Shown here piece by piece: positions 18,597 to 28,009 of a stretch of DNA of 64,000 nt (the stretch's first letter is position 1; each line of letters starts with the position of its first letter). The stretch lies in NCBI GenBank assembly GCA_964639945.1, contig CAZXHY010000002.1:183-64182 (forward strand), in the 5' to 3' direction. The notes beneath the pieces are model-generated. The model did not search any database, had not been told where the DNA came from, and was given only the letters and a program-made list of their open reading frames with translations. Position numbers and translations under genes: made by a program. The stretch is from an uncultured Gammaproteobacteria bacterium (GTDB lineage Bacteria > Patescibacteriota > Microgenomatia > UBA10105 > UBA927).

Positions 18597-20279
18597 TTGT
18601 TTCCTAGCATTAGAATACTTCCTATCTACCACAAAAAGAAGCTGATACAATACAATATTCATACCTTGATCTGTTGTATGCATTCTTCTCCCAAAAAAAC
18701 ACTTCAAATTTGGCACCACCCGTATTTTTTCCATGGAGTATTTATATTTTTTCTCTTCTTAGGATTTGTGATTCGATATGCTTTATTCTATCAAAACTTT
18801 AATATTGAAGACGGTGATATAACAAGCGTATACCATATTGCCAATCACATCATTACCTACCATGAACTTCCGATAATTGGTGAACCAAATAGTATATACA
18901 CACTTCTCCCACATAGTCCGCTCTACTTTTACCTCACTGCGCTAGGACTTTTGATTCACAATAGTATTTTTACACTTGGTGTTATGGGCATGCTACTTCA
19001 ATTTGTGTATATCGTATTACTATATGCATTGGCTTTCGTGCTGTTTAATAAATCTGTCGCGCTACTTACTGGTCTTATACTCGTAGGAAATCAGCAATTT
19101 ATTGCGCAAACACATGTCATGTATCAACGATGGTTTGAACAACCCTTTTTTGCTGCGAGCTATCTATTTCTCGCACTTGCATACACCAAAAAAAATTACG
19201 CATACACGCTCTATGCCGCGATATGCTTTACCATCGCATTGGGAATAGGCCTACATGGATATGCTGCGCTTCCGGTTTTTCTTTTTCTTATAGGTATTAC
19301 CCTACACAAAACACAAGCTTCACTGCGTAAATATATAACCGTTGGGATTATTATGATTGGAATTTGGTCATTATGCTATGCAACTGTGCTTGGATATTTA
19401 ACCAAAAACAATCATTTATTTTTTGCGTTTCAAGAATCTGTATACACCACCTCTATCACAGGCTATCTACGAGAGTTTATTTTAAACATTGGGCGCCTGT
19501 TTTACGGCACACTATATAGCGATCTGCTTCCTCCCATCATTCAAGGAGGGAGCATACTTCTTTTTTTGAGCATTGTTGGTATCGCTGCACTTAGAAAGAA
19601 ACTGCACTACTCACCATACCTTCTTAGTATCATTACCTACATTTTTTCGATCATTCTCATTGCATCATTTCTTCAAAAAGACACCAGAGACTATCACTTT
19701 GTCGCGGCCTTTGGTCCGTTTATCATTCTCCTCTCTGCACTCACACAATCATTTGTACAAAAAGCAAAATCAGATAAAATAAACACTATCATTTGCACAA
19801 TGCTTCTTTTGATCATTGGCGCACCTTCCACAAGATTTTTGCAACAAAATCAACAAAAACAAGATATATATATCGCGCAACTAAACGCAGCGAAATCAAC
19901 AACCCCATACATACAACAACTTCGACAAGAAAACGCGTCTTGGCCAAACCAAACAAGTATTGAGTTATATGGGAATACAATTATCGGTCCATACGACCCA
20001 ACAGATAACATATTTTGGCCCATTTTTGAGAAAATAGCGTACACCAAACTTTCACAAACAACCTCGGGAATAACCACCCCACTCACCCGTACTCCAGACA
20101 ATATTTTTGTCATATGTTCGGACTATAAATCAGTACAGCACGCTGAAGAACGCTGCAATAAAGCCTTTCTCACACGGCATCCAAACTTTGAATCAACTCT
20201 GATTTATACAGGAGACTCAGATGGGAAATATATCCTCTACATAGGGAAACGAAAAAAAGCTCCGACATCGACACAATAG
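18597..20279 (+). CDS. Polytopic membrane glycosyltransferase, GT-C fold (probable true start at MHSSPKK, nt 18678)
   Basis: The EDGD motif (FNIEDGDITSVYHIANH) aligns with the DDGD of 15759..17354. Both also share a C-terminal soluble domain ending in CxxxF..R. Confidence 0.65.
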   Translation: MFPSIRILPIYHKKKLIQYNIHTLICCMHSSPKKTLQIWHHPYFFHGVFIFFLFLGFVIRYALFYQNFNIEDGDITSVYHIANHIITYHELPIIGEPNSIYTLLPHSPLYFYLTALGLLIHNSIFTLGVMGMLLQFVYIVLLYALAFVLFNKSVALLTGLILVGNQQFIAQTHVMYQRWFEQPFFAASYLFLALAYTKKNYAYTLYAAICFTIALGIGLHGYAALPVFLFLIGITLHKTQASLRKYITVGIIMIGIWSLCYATVLGYLTKNNHLFFAFQESVYTTSITGYLREFILNIGRLFYGTLYSDLLPPIIQGGSILLFLSIVGIAALRKKLHYSPYLLSIITYIFSIILIASFLQKDTRDYHFVAAFGPFIILLSALTQSFVQKAKSDKINTIICTMLLLIIGAPSTRFLQQNQQKQDIYIAQLNAAKSTTPYIQQLRQENASWPNQTSIELYGNTIIGPYDPTDNIFWPIFEKIAYTKLSQTTSGITTPLTRTPDNIFVICSDYKSVQHAEERCNKAFLTRHPNFESTLIYTGDSDGKYILYIGKRKKAPTSTQ

Positions 20280-20303
20280 GTTTTACAAAAGGAAGGCGCC
20301 GAC

Positions 20304-21761
20304 CTAGCGAAGCTGAAACAAAACCATCTCCCCTTCTCTATCAAATTCTTGTAATTTTCCACGTACCCCCATGTTCATAATGGCACTTGCATATGCATCA
20401 AATGGGACTTGGTCATGAAACGATCGATTAGATGGCCACCGCACAAATAAAAATTGTGCATGTTCTCCAGTATCTAGCCACCAACAAGGAGTGTTGCACT
20501 GCGGAATATCAGTACGCGAAATCAATTCAGCGACATATATATATTTTCTATGAGAAATATGAGGTACCAAATTAGGCTGTGCGCTAAGTCGCATCTCGGA
20601 AGGTATTCGCTTGATAAAAATATCAGCATCTCTCATCCACTGCTCTTGTATCCAATATCGCTGAGTAAAAACTTCGTACAGAGGAAATCTATATCCAATA
20701 ATTATTCCAACATTAAGGAGTATCAACAGCCCAATAATCACGTCAATTCGTATCTGTATTTTTTTAAACCATTCAAGAGTTTGGAATAATCCAAGCAATA
20801 ATAATGGCGCAAGTACAATACGATGATGAGTAAACGGCTTATCTTTAAAATACGCAGCTGGCCCAGTATTGAAATACTGGGCCATATCCACAACCACCGC
20901 CATAACTGATCCCAAAGAAAATAATGGCAAAAATCCAAATGATATATAGCTATACCACCACGATGACAGTTTATCGTGATTATCAAACAACAATCGAATA
21001 TTTTCCACAGGACTCAATGAGATAACTGGAGTGTATTCATATCCAATAGGCGAAAATCTACCGACGATATACATGGATATGCCGGTAGCAAACACCCCAA
21101 ACGGAATAAACCACCATGCTCTTGCTCGGAATCGATTATCAAAAACATACACGAGTCCCAAACAGGAAAGAGCGATACCCATGTTTTCTTGTGTACCCAA
21201 CAACAAAATCAGGGAAATAACGAAGAAGACTGTCCTTTTAGCCTCAAAAAAATATGCAGTCCACAATAAAAATACCACGCCAATCACTACAGGATGAAAA
21301 TCAGAAAATATCGATTGTTGTATACCAAAAAATACACTGTATATCATCGCAACGCCTAAGGATTGCCAAGAAGAAAGCATTCGTAACCTTGCAAGCTTAT
21401 ACACTGGAATAATCGAAACGCAAATAACCACCGCCTGAAATATAAGTAATGCCCGAACATCATTCCAAATCCAATACAGGGGTGATAAAAGCGGCAATGT
21501 AAGGGTCAAGTGATCACCGAATATATGCCTGCGATACACGGTATTATACATGCCATAAAATCGAGAGTATAACCAAATTGCCTGATCGTATTGGCCCAGA
21601 TCCATTCCTCTTGGAGCGAATCGTCTATATTCACCTAGCGAAATACATGTATAAACCACAGAGAGAATTACTCCCCAAATACCCAATATTTTTAAAGCGA
21701 TATTCTCAGATATATTCGCTCTTGTTTTTTTCACCGACGAGTCGTATTTTTTACTAAACAT
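20304..21761 (-). CDS. Polytopic membrane protein (485 aa), GT-C-like (DUF2079-type) glycosyltransferase suspected
   Basis: About 12 TM helices. First-loop motif MDLGQYDQAIWLYSRF. Lies immediately downstream of a DegT-GT2 pair. Confidence 0.5.
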   Translation of the reverse strand: MFSKKYDSSVKKTRANISENIALKILGIWGVILSVVYTCISLGEYRRFAPRGMDLGQYDQAIWLYSRFYGMYNTVYRRHIFGDHLTLTLPLLSPLYWIWNDVRALLIFQAVVICVSIIPVYKLARLRMLSSWQSLGVAMIYSVFFGIQQSIFSDFHPVVIGVVFLLWTAYFFEAKRTVFFVISLILLLGTQENMGIALSCLGLVYVFDNRFRARAWWFIPFGVFATGISMYIVGRFSPIGYEYTPVISLSPVENIRLLFDNHDKLSSWWYSYISFGFLPLFSLGSVMAVVVDMAQYFNTGPAAYFKDKPFTHHRIVLAPLLLLGLFQTLEWFKKIQIRIDVIIGLLILLNVGIIIGYRFPLYEVFTQRYWIQEQWMRDADIFIKRIPSEMRLSAQPNLVPHISHRKYIYVAELISRTDIPQCNTPCWWLDTGEHAQFLFVRWPSNRSFHDQVPFDAYASAIMNMGVRGKLQEFDREGEMVLFQLR

Positions 21762-21766
21762 ATTTG

Positions 21767-22948
21767 CTAATCACGCTTTGACAGTATGCGTACTATTTTC
21801 ATAATTTCACCGTGCGTTAATATACCTGAAGAAGGTAAATACAATCCCTCACGCATCAACATATCCGATACGGGATACGATTCATTCGTCGTATACATCG
21901 CATACGCGGGCTGAAGATGTATGGGGATAAAAAATCCTCGTGTTTCTATACCATGCTTTGCCAAACGCAATCGCACCTGATCCCTCGTCATTCCATATGT
22001 GGACGCATCAACACGAAATCCAAACACCCAATGAGCATGCATGCTCTCAGGCGGAGTAATTGAAAATATAAACCCTCGTACTTCTTTAAGATATGTCTTA
22101 TACATAGCTGCTAATTTTTTGCGTTTCATAAAAAGCTCTCGAAATCGCTCTGTCTGACCCAGCCCTACAGCGGCCTGCAAGTTTGTCATGTTGTAACTAA
22201 ACCCAACATCGTTATGCCAAAAATGCGTTCTTTTACTAAATGCGTGGTCACGCAAATACGCTACTTTTTCAGCTAACGCCCGATCATTTGTCGTTACCAT
22301 GCCTCCCTCACCTGTCGTGATAATTTTATTGGCATACAAAGAAAATCCCGCAATATCACCAATTGAACCCACTCGTTTTCCTTTATATAAAGCACCATGT
22401 GCCTCAGCAGCATCCTCAATAACTCGAAGTCCGTGCTTCTTTGCTAACAAAAGCACAGGATCCATATCCACAGGGAGTCCATACACATGTACTACCATAA
22501 TAGCTTTTGTTTTCTTGGTTATTTTAGACTCGATCTTGGTCACATCCATATTCCATGTAAATGGATCTGCATCAATAAAGATTGGCTTGGCGCCACAATA
22601 CGTCACTGCATTTGCCGTAGCAATCATCGTGAATGTCGGGACAATAACCTCGTCGCCCTCCCCTATGTCACATGATAAAAGTGCCAAGTGAAGCGCTGAT
22701 GTGCCACTATTCACCGCTACTGCGTATCGGGTCTTTGACACAAGTTTTGCAAACGCCTTTTCAAACCGAGAAATATATGGCCCAGCCGACGATACCCATG
22801 TTGAACGGTATGCATCCAAAAGATAGACTTCTTCCAGTTTTGACAAGTCTGGCGCTGCTACTGAAATTTTATGGATACCTGCGAGTATAGGTTCTGGCAT
22901 CAGCGCAAATGAGTGCGCGTGAGCTACTGTATCAGTTCTATGTTTCAT
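21767..22948 (-). CDS. DegT/DnrJ/EryC1/StrS (ArnB-type) PLP-dependent sugar aminotransferase
   Basis: Has the Lys-containing motif FSLYANKIITTGEGGMVTTND, plus ...DAAEAHGA... and an N-terminal ...SGTSALHLAL... Confidence 0.85.
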   Translation of the reverse strand: MKHRTDTVAHAHSFALMPEPILAGIHKISVAAPDLSKLEEVYLLDAYRSTWVSSAGPYISRFEKAFAKLVSKTRYAVAVNSGTSALHLALLSCDIGEGDEVIVPTFTMIATANAVTYCGAKPIFIDADPFTWNMDVTKIESKITKKTKAIMVVHVYGLPVDMDPVLLLAKKHGLRVIEDAAEAHGALYKGKRVGSIGDIAGFSLYANKIITTGEGGMVTTNDRALAEKVAYLRDHAFSKRTHFWHNDVGFSYNMTNLQAAVGLGQTERFRELFMKRKKLAAMYKTYLKEVRGFIFSITPPESMHAHWVFGFRVDASTYGMTRDQVRLRLAKHGIETRGFFIPIHLQPAYAMYTTNESYPVSDMLMREGLYLPSSGILTHGEIMKIVRILSKRD

Positions 22949-23652
22949 ATCCGTTTCTTTGAAATACTATACGCTTCTTTTATATACGATATACACATCG
23001 ACAGTACACGCGACTTACTCTTTCCATACATTCGTCTTTTATAGTACACGGGCAACTCACATATATAAAATCCGCGTCGATGCGCATAATACACCAGACG
23101 AATATGGTAATCACCGTACCCAAAATATATCTGAGATAACCCAAAGTGAATAACTTCTTTTTTGAATATTGCGTAATATCCACTCGTACAATCTTTTACC
23201 GTAACACGAAGTATGTGGCGTAATACATAATTGATAAGCATGCTGAAATAGTACCTATATCTATCGTGCATACCACCACCCGCTACGAATCGTGAGGCTA
23301 TAACAAGAACGTGTGGTGCACTATACTCTATAAGACTTGGTAATAACAAAGGGTCATGATTTCCGTCGGCATCCATCCCAATGATCAATGTACCTCGCGC
23401 CCTTTCTATGCCAAATCCTATGGCTGTTCCCAGACCTTTTTTATCCACTCGCTCATATACATGAAGTTGTTCATATTTTTTTTGCAATGTAACAAATGTA
23501 TCACGAGAACCATCAGTGCTCATGTCATCGACCACGATGATTTCAAAACTACTATTTTTTAGGATAGTACATATTTGTGGGATCAGAATCTCCAAATTTC
23601 CTCGTTCATTAAACGTCGGCAAAATAATGGAGACGTATGGTTGCCGTTTCAT
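22945..23652 (-). CDS. GT2-family polyprenyl-phosphate sugar transferase (DPM1/GtrB/ArnC-like); start taken at MKRQPYV
   Basis: SIILPTFNERGNLE...VVDDMSTDGSRD...GMDADGNHDP. The ATG overlaps the stop of the upstream methyltransferase (ATGA at 23649-23652). Confidence 0.8.
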   Translation of the reverse strand: MKRQPYVSIILPTFNERGNLEILIPQICTILKNSSFEIIVVDDMSTDGSRDTFVTLQKKYEQLHVYERVDKKGLGTAIGFGIERARGTLIIGMDADGNHDPLLLPSLIEYSAPHVLVIASRFVAGGGMHDRYRYYFSMLINYVLRHILRVTVKDCTSGYYAIFKKEVIHFGLSQIYFGYGDYHIRLVYYAHRRGFYICELPVYYKRRMYGKSKSRVLSMCISYIKEAYSISKKRI

Positions 23653-24380
23653 TTTTTTGCAATCAAAAGAAGTGATGATCCCCAAGGAAATGACACGTAC
23701 GGTAAAAAGCGTGCTTCCAAACTGCACACAGCGTGCAGTATCGTATTTATCATCGGTGATATATGCTGTACGTCACTCACATGCTCCCTCTTATAAAAGA
23801 ATCGGTCATACAAACGTTTACCTATAAAAAATGGGAATGTAAAAAAGAACATATATCGTGAAAATAGCGGGGTCATATGTCCATTGTGTACTAGTGTTGC
23901 AAGTTTTGTAATAGTATATCGTTCACGTGCATGAAACAACCTGTCATGCGGTCCGTAAAGAAATGGCATAGCGCAATCCGTTATGACTAAAAATCCACCT
24001 TTTTTCAACACACGCCTCGCTTCTTTCAAAGCATTGGCGACATGTATATCTTTATGATAAAGCACATCGAAAAAACACACGATATCACATGATCCAGTGG
24101 CCAACCCGGTTCGCACCGCTGTGCCATATCGCAGAGTAATATGCCGCTTCTTAGCCAGCGTTCGACCAACAACATTTGGCTCTATTCCCGTGACCCTGCC
24201 GTATTGGCTCAAAAAATGCTCCATTCCACCCGTTCCAGCTCCAATATCAGCAATAATTGCACCATGCTTCTTCTTGATACCCATGATACAAAAGACAGCA
24301 CCTAAAAATTCTCTTCGCGCCAGAAACCACCAATGAGAAAATTCTACCGTAGACATAGTTACATATTCTTGCTTTTTCAT
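23649..24380 (-). CDS. Class I SAM-dependent methyltransferase (paralog of 25389..26120 and 40620..41387)
   Basis: Gly-rich SAM motif IADIGAGTGGM. Shared N-terminus HWWFLARREF and C-terminus FPWGSSLLLIAKK. Confidence 0.8.
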   Translation of the reverse strand: MKKQEYVTMSTVEFSHWWFLARREFLGAVFCIMGIKKKHGAIIADIGAGTGGMEHFLSQYGRVTGIEPNVVGRTLAKKRHITLRYGTAVRTGLATGSCDIVCFFDVLYHKDIHVANALKEARRVLKKGGFLVITDCAMPFLYGPHDRLFHARERYTITKLATLVHNGHMTPLFSRYMFFFTFPFFIGKRLYDRFFYKREHVSDVQHISPMINTILHAVCSLEARFLPYVSFPWGSSLLLIAKK

Positions 24381-24402
24381 ATAGGGAAAAACTATTCAAT
24401 CA

Positions 24403-25392
24403 CTAGTTATCATGTCTATTCTCTAAAATGATCTTCGCCTGATCATAGCAAATACCTTGATTTATTTGAGATAATGATTTGCATGCGACAGATGCTAGCC
24501 TTCCCACTCCATCTTCCGCAATTACCCCCTGTATAAACCCATACAAACAGCCTGTTGTCGCACGAACGTCTTCTCTCTGACAGGAAAGAATAGCATGTTG
24601 AAAGTCGACAGTACCAGCCAGATATATAGATTCTCCTATATGCGTATAACAACGAAACCGTAAGGACACGTCAGGAAGAGCAGAACACCCCATAAACTCT
24701 TGATCTAGTGTTCCGTATGACATATGCGAATCAAGTGTAGGAACAAAAAACTCCATAAAAACTCCGTCTAGACACTGAGCCTTATATTCCTCGGTGTAAA
24801 TTTTATCGCACAATTGCAGCGCATCAACCATAGATGGTGCTCCAACCTGCGCATACACATGTCCGAAAGCATGATAACAATTTATTGTTTCCATAGTGGA
24901 AGCAGATACGTCTGAAATCCCACATATTTGCTCAATCATAGAAATGGCAGACGGATTTGCCTTAATCTTTTCTAGGATAACTCCATGGACACACCCATCC
25001 CCACACGTTCGCCCTGTGCCGCACGACCTAATCAACGTTGGAATCGATGTCTCACTGCGAGCTACTATTTCGCCGATAATGTGACCTATCGTGTGACAGG
25101 TCGAGATACTACCATTTCTTGAAAAGAACTCTGGTGATTTTGCATGAGTCTCAAGATATTGCATAACAAACGGTAGTGTATGTGGCGATACAATAGGCCA
25201 AAGTCTTTGTCGCAAACAGCCTATGTATGCTTGATTTTGTATATTTTTTGCACACACAGCGAGTGTTTGTTGCAACGATCGAACGAGCACTTTCTCGCTG
25301 AATACATTTCCAAAAAATCCGATCCCTAACCCGATACAGAACACGCAAAGCGTCGTTCCCAACTTCCGAATATTTATTATATTTCTCATCAT
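24403..25392 (-). CDS. Cys/His-rich paralog family member 11 (start taken at MMRNIINI)
   Basis: TM anchor. Carries CHTIGHIIGE, DGCVHGVILE, CYHAFGHVYAQ, CLDGVFMEFF. The ATGATGA overlap with the stop of the upstream methyltransferase was checked in sequence at 25387-25392. Confidence 0.85.
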   Translation of the reverse strand: MMRNIINIRKLGTTLCVFCIGLGIGFFGNVFSEKVLVRSLQQTLAVCAKNIQNQAYIGCLRQRLWPIVSPHTLPFVMQYLETHAKSPEFFSRNGSISTCHTIGHIIGEIVARSETSIPTLIRSCGTGRTCGDGCVHGVILEKIKANPSAISMIEQICGISDVSASTMETINCYHAFGHVYAQVGAPSMVDALQLCDKIYTEEYKAQCLDGVFMEFFVPTLDSHMSYGTLDQEFMGCSALPDVSLRFRCYTHIGESIYLAGTVDFQHAILSCQREDVRATTGCLYGFIQGVIAEDGVGRLASVACKSLSQINQGICYDQAKIILENRHDN

Positions 25393-26120
25393 TTTTGTCC
25401 AATCAAAATAAGTGATGATCCCCATGGGAACCGCACAAACCGGAGTATAAACGCTTCCACAATACACACATATATAAGGACAACGTTTATCAACGAGTGA
25501 ACCATGCGTACATCAGACCGTTCTCGGTTACGCACGACGAGCTTACCACTGAGTCTTTTTGCAACAAATATCGGAAACAATAGGAAAAACAAATAACTAC
25601 TAAAGCGTATCGAAAAACCAGCTTTTTTTACTCGCGCTTCAAGCATGGAAATAGTGTATCGCTCACGACCACCAACAGCGTGGTCATTTGGTCCATACAA
25701 AAACGGCATGGCGCAATCAGTAATGACAACATGTCCTCCCTTTTTTACAACTCTATATGCTTCCCGAAGTGCCATATCATTATCAACCCCCTTATGGTAT
25801 AGCACATCAAATAGACAAACCACATCACACGATGCTGTGCGTAAACCCGTTTTTTCTGCGTTACCATTTCTCAACGTCACACCACGAGATTTTGCTAAAG
25901 AGCGCCCCACTATACTCGGCTCTACACCGATAACCGCTCCATATCGTTGCAAAAAAGCAATCATGCCACCGGTTCCCGCACCAATATCTGCGATTACTGA
26001 GGTACTTTTTGTGAATACACCCATCCTGTCAAAAGCTTGCGCAATAAAATTCCGTCTCGACACAAACCACCAATGAACATCCTCCACTTCAAACATAGCA
26101 ATATACTCATATTTTTTCAT
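25389..26120 (-). CDS. Class I SAM-dependent methyltransferase (tandem paralog of 23649..24380)
   Basis: IADIGAGTGGMIAF; HWWFVSRRNF; ends FPWGSSLILIGQK. About 60-65% identical to 23649..24380 by eye. Confidence 0.8.
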   Translation of the reverse strand: MKKYEYIAMFEVEDVHWWFVSRRNFIAQAFDRMGVFTKSTSVIADIGAGTGGMIAFLQRYGAVIGVEPSIVGRSLAKSRGVTLRNGNAEKTGLRTASCDVVCLFDVLYHKGVDNDMALREAYRVVKKGGHVVITDCAMPFLYGPNDHAVGGRERYTISMLEARVKKAGFSIRFSSYLFFLLFPIFVAKRLSGKLVVRNRERSDVRMVHSLINVVLIYVCIVEAFILRFVRFPWGSSLILIGQK

Positions 26121-26144
26121 ATCTAATTTATTAGCTGTGACTAA

Positions 26145-26870
26145 CTATCGATCTTTTGGCCCTGATTGAGCAATGTGAATCATAGCGAGCATATGTCGCC
26201 AAGCTATACTGGGTAAACGAGCCATAGCATACACTTTGGTGACACCATCACGACGGGCACGATGTCTAACCACGCATTCAGTTACCGTAAATCCATATTG
26301 TTTCACTCGAGCCATAAATTCCCACCAAAACCCTTCGTTGGTGAGTCCTAATATGGGTGTCAATTTCTCGGGTACGCGAGATCGCATAAGTATAAACGAA
26401 CAACTTGGATCATGGACACCCTTAGTAAATAGTGAATAAAAACTCAAATAAAATAGTCGAGAGAGAAATATACGAAGCGCTGAATCCACACGACGCTTCC
26501 TGTTCCCTATCACAACACTGCTTTGTGTACGCCTATTCCATAATTTCCAAAAATCTTTAGGATTGTATTGACCATCAGAATCTATACATAGCACATATGG
26601 AGCAGTAGTCTTTTTTAGAGCTTGTATCATCGCCTGAGAGTATCCCATGCGTCTAGCACCAGTAAGCAACTCTATCGGAAGTTTATGTCGTAAATCATAC
26701 AGTATGGCCTTCGTACGATCAGTGCTACCATCCTCACTTATGATAAATCGCATGGGTACTTTCGGTTGAATTTCGCGGTATAACTCCCATAGGACAATCT
26801 CCAGACATTTTTCTTCGTTATACACTGGAAGGACCACATCGAGCGCAACTACGTTATTCATAATTTTCAA
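26145..26870 (-). CDS. GT2-family glycosyltransferase (DPM1/ArnC-like)
   Basis: LDVVLPVYNEEKCLE...ISEDGSTDRT...IDSDGQYNP. Confidence 0.75.
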   Translation of the reverse strand: MKIMNNVVALDVVLPVYNEEKCLEIVLWELYREIQPKVPMRFIISEDGSTDRTKAILYDLRHKLPIELLTGARRMGYSQAMIQALKKTTAPYVLCIDSDGQYNPKDFWKLWNRRTQSSVVIGNRKRRVDSALRIFLSRLFYLSFYSLFTKGVHDPSCSFILMRSRVPEKLTPILGLTNEGFWWEFMARVKQYGFTVTECVVRHRARRDGVTKVYAMARLPSIAWRHMLAMIHIAQSGPKDR

Positions 26871-26942
26871 TATGGTACAAAACCAACAGCCCTGATTCCA
26901 TCACCCTCATGAGCGAGAACCACCAATGGGTATTTTCTATAT

Positions 26943-27989
26943 TTGCCATGGAGCTATATTCATCAACATTCATTGATTCTTGATATTGAAAAACAGTCAT
27001 ATCGATCTTACAATACGGTCATGATCAGTCTATCAAAATCATCGTTACCCCTACATCTTCTGGCGATACTTATGTTTCTGATAGGAATATACCACGGCAC
27101 CCGCGCAACAGAACAGACGCCATTGAATATATATAAAGCTGAAACAAAAATCATAACAAAATTAATAAAACAAAACGAAATAGAAAAAGCACTTTTCTAC
27201 ATCAATGAGGCAAGCAAAAAATACCCACTATCTATGACTTTGGCCTTGTCATCAAATGCCGGAAAACAAATATATCAAAAAGAAGGTGTACGGGGACTTT
27301 TGCATTGCATAAAAAATGACACACCATCAACGTTTGGTTGTGTGCGCAGTATACTTTTAACAGAAAACTCATCACATCTAGAAGCTCATAGAGAAATACA
27401 TGACATTTGCACCAACAGCATAATTGACCAAGAAAAATCTGGTATGTGTCTTCATATAAGTGGACACGCATTACTAGGATCAAAGGGGTACAAAAAAACC
27501 GATGTCATTCACGCAAGAAATGAGTGTCAAAAAATTATTCCCACTAGTCCAAAAGAAGAGTCTGCGTGCACATTTGGTGTCCTGATGGAATACTTTGTCG
27601 CACGACTTGGGCCCAACGGACTTGGATTACAAAATAACCTAACCAAAATTCCACCTCAGGGATATTCTGAAAATAATCCATACGATATATGTACAGGAGA
27701 ACTTGAAAACGAGGCTTGCTTTAGCATGATACCCTCATGGTGGATATTAACTATCAAGCTTACTCCTGAAAAAGCAATCCAACACTGTCTCCAAATCCCA
27801 TCAAATGATTTAATCCAAACATGCCTCTCCTCATTGACACGAAAATTATTCGAAATAACAAGGAAAGAACAAGGCGCCACACCCGCTACATTAGACGATT
27901 TTTTAAAAATTTGCCTTCTCTATCCGGCAGAACACCGACAACACACATGTACTGAATTTATGGCATCACTTTTACTCAATGAGTATTAG
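26943..27989 (+). CDS. Divergent, more distant member 12 of the Cys/His-rich family (start possibly at MISLSKSS, nt 27021)
   Basis: TM anchor LHLLAILMFLIGIY. Carries FGCVRSILL, CLHISGHALLG, CTFGVLMEYF. Lacks the first H..GE unit. Confidence 0.65.
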   Translation: MPWSYIHQHSLILDIEKQSYRSYNTVMISLSKSSLPLHLLAILMFLIGIYHGTRATEQTPLNIYKAETKIITKLIKQNEIEKALFYINEASKKYPLSMTLALSSNAGKQIYQKEGVRGLLHCIKNDTPSTFGCVRSILLTENSSHLEAHREIHDICTNSIIDQEKSGMCLHISGHALLGSKGYKKTDVIHARNECQKIIPTSPKEESACTFGVLMEYFVARLGPNGLGLQNNLTKIPPQGYSENNPYDICTGELENEACFSMIPSWWILTIKLTPEKAIQHCLQIPSNDLIQTCLSSLTRKLFEITRKEQGATPATLDDFLKICLLYPAEHRQHTCTEFMASLLLNEY

Positions 27990-28009
27990 TGATATATGCT
28001 TGTACACGA

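Noticed and set aside
23649-23727. Apparent 79-nt overlaps between the methyltransferase genes and their downstream genes (23649-23727 and 25389-25467) as listed in the ORF track
   Set aside because: The downstream ORFs' first ~25 codons come from choosing the longest ORF. Internal ATGs at 23652 and 25392 give canonical starts (MKRQPYV... and MMRNIINI...) that abut the MT stop with ATGA overlap. The long overlaps are therefore annotation artefacts, though their similarity to each other helped reveal the MT duplication.
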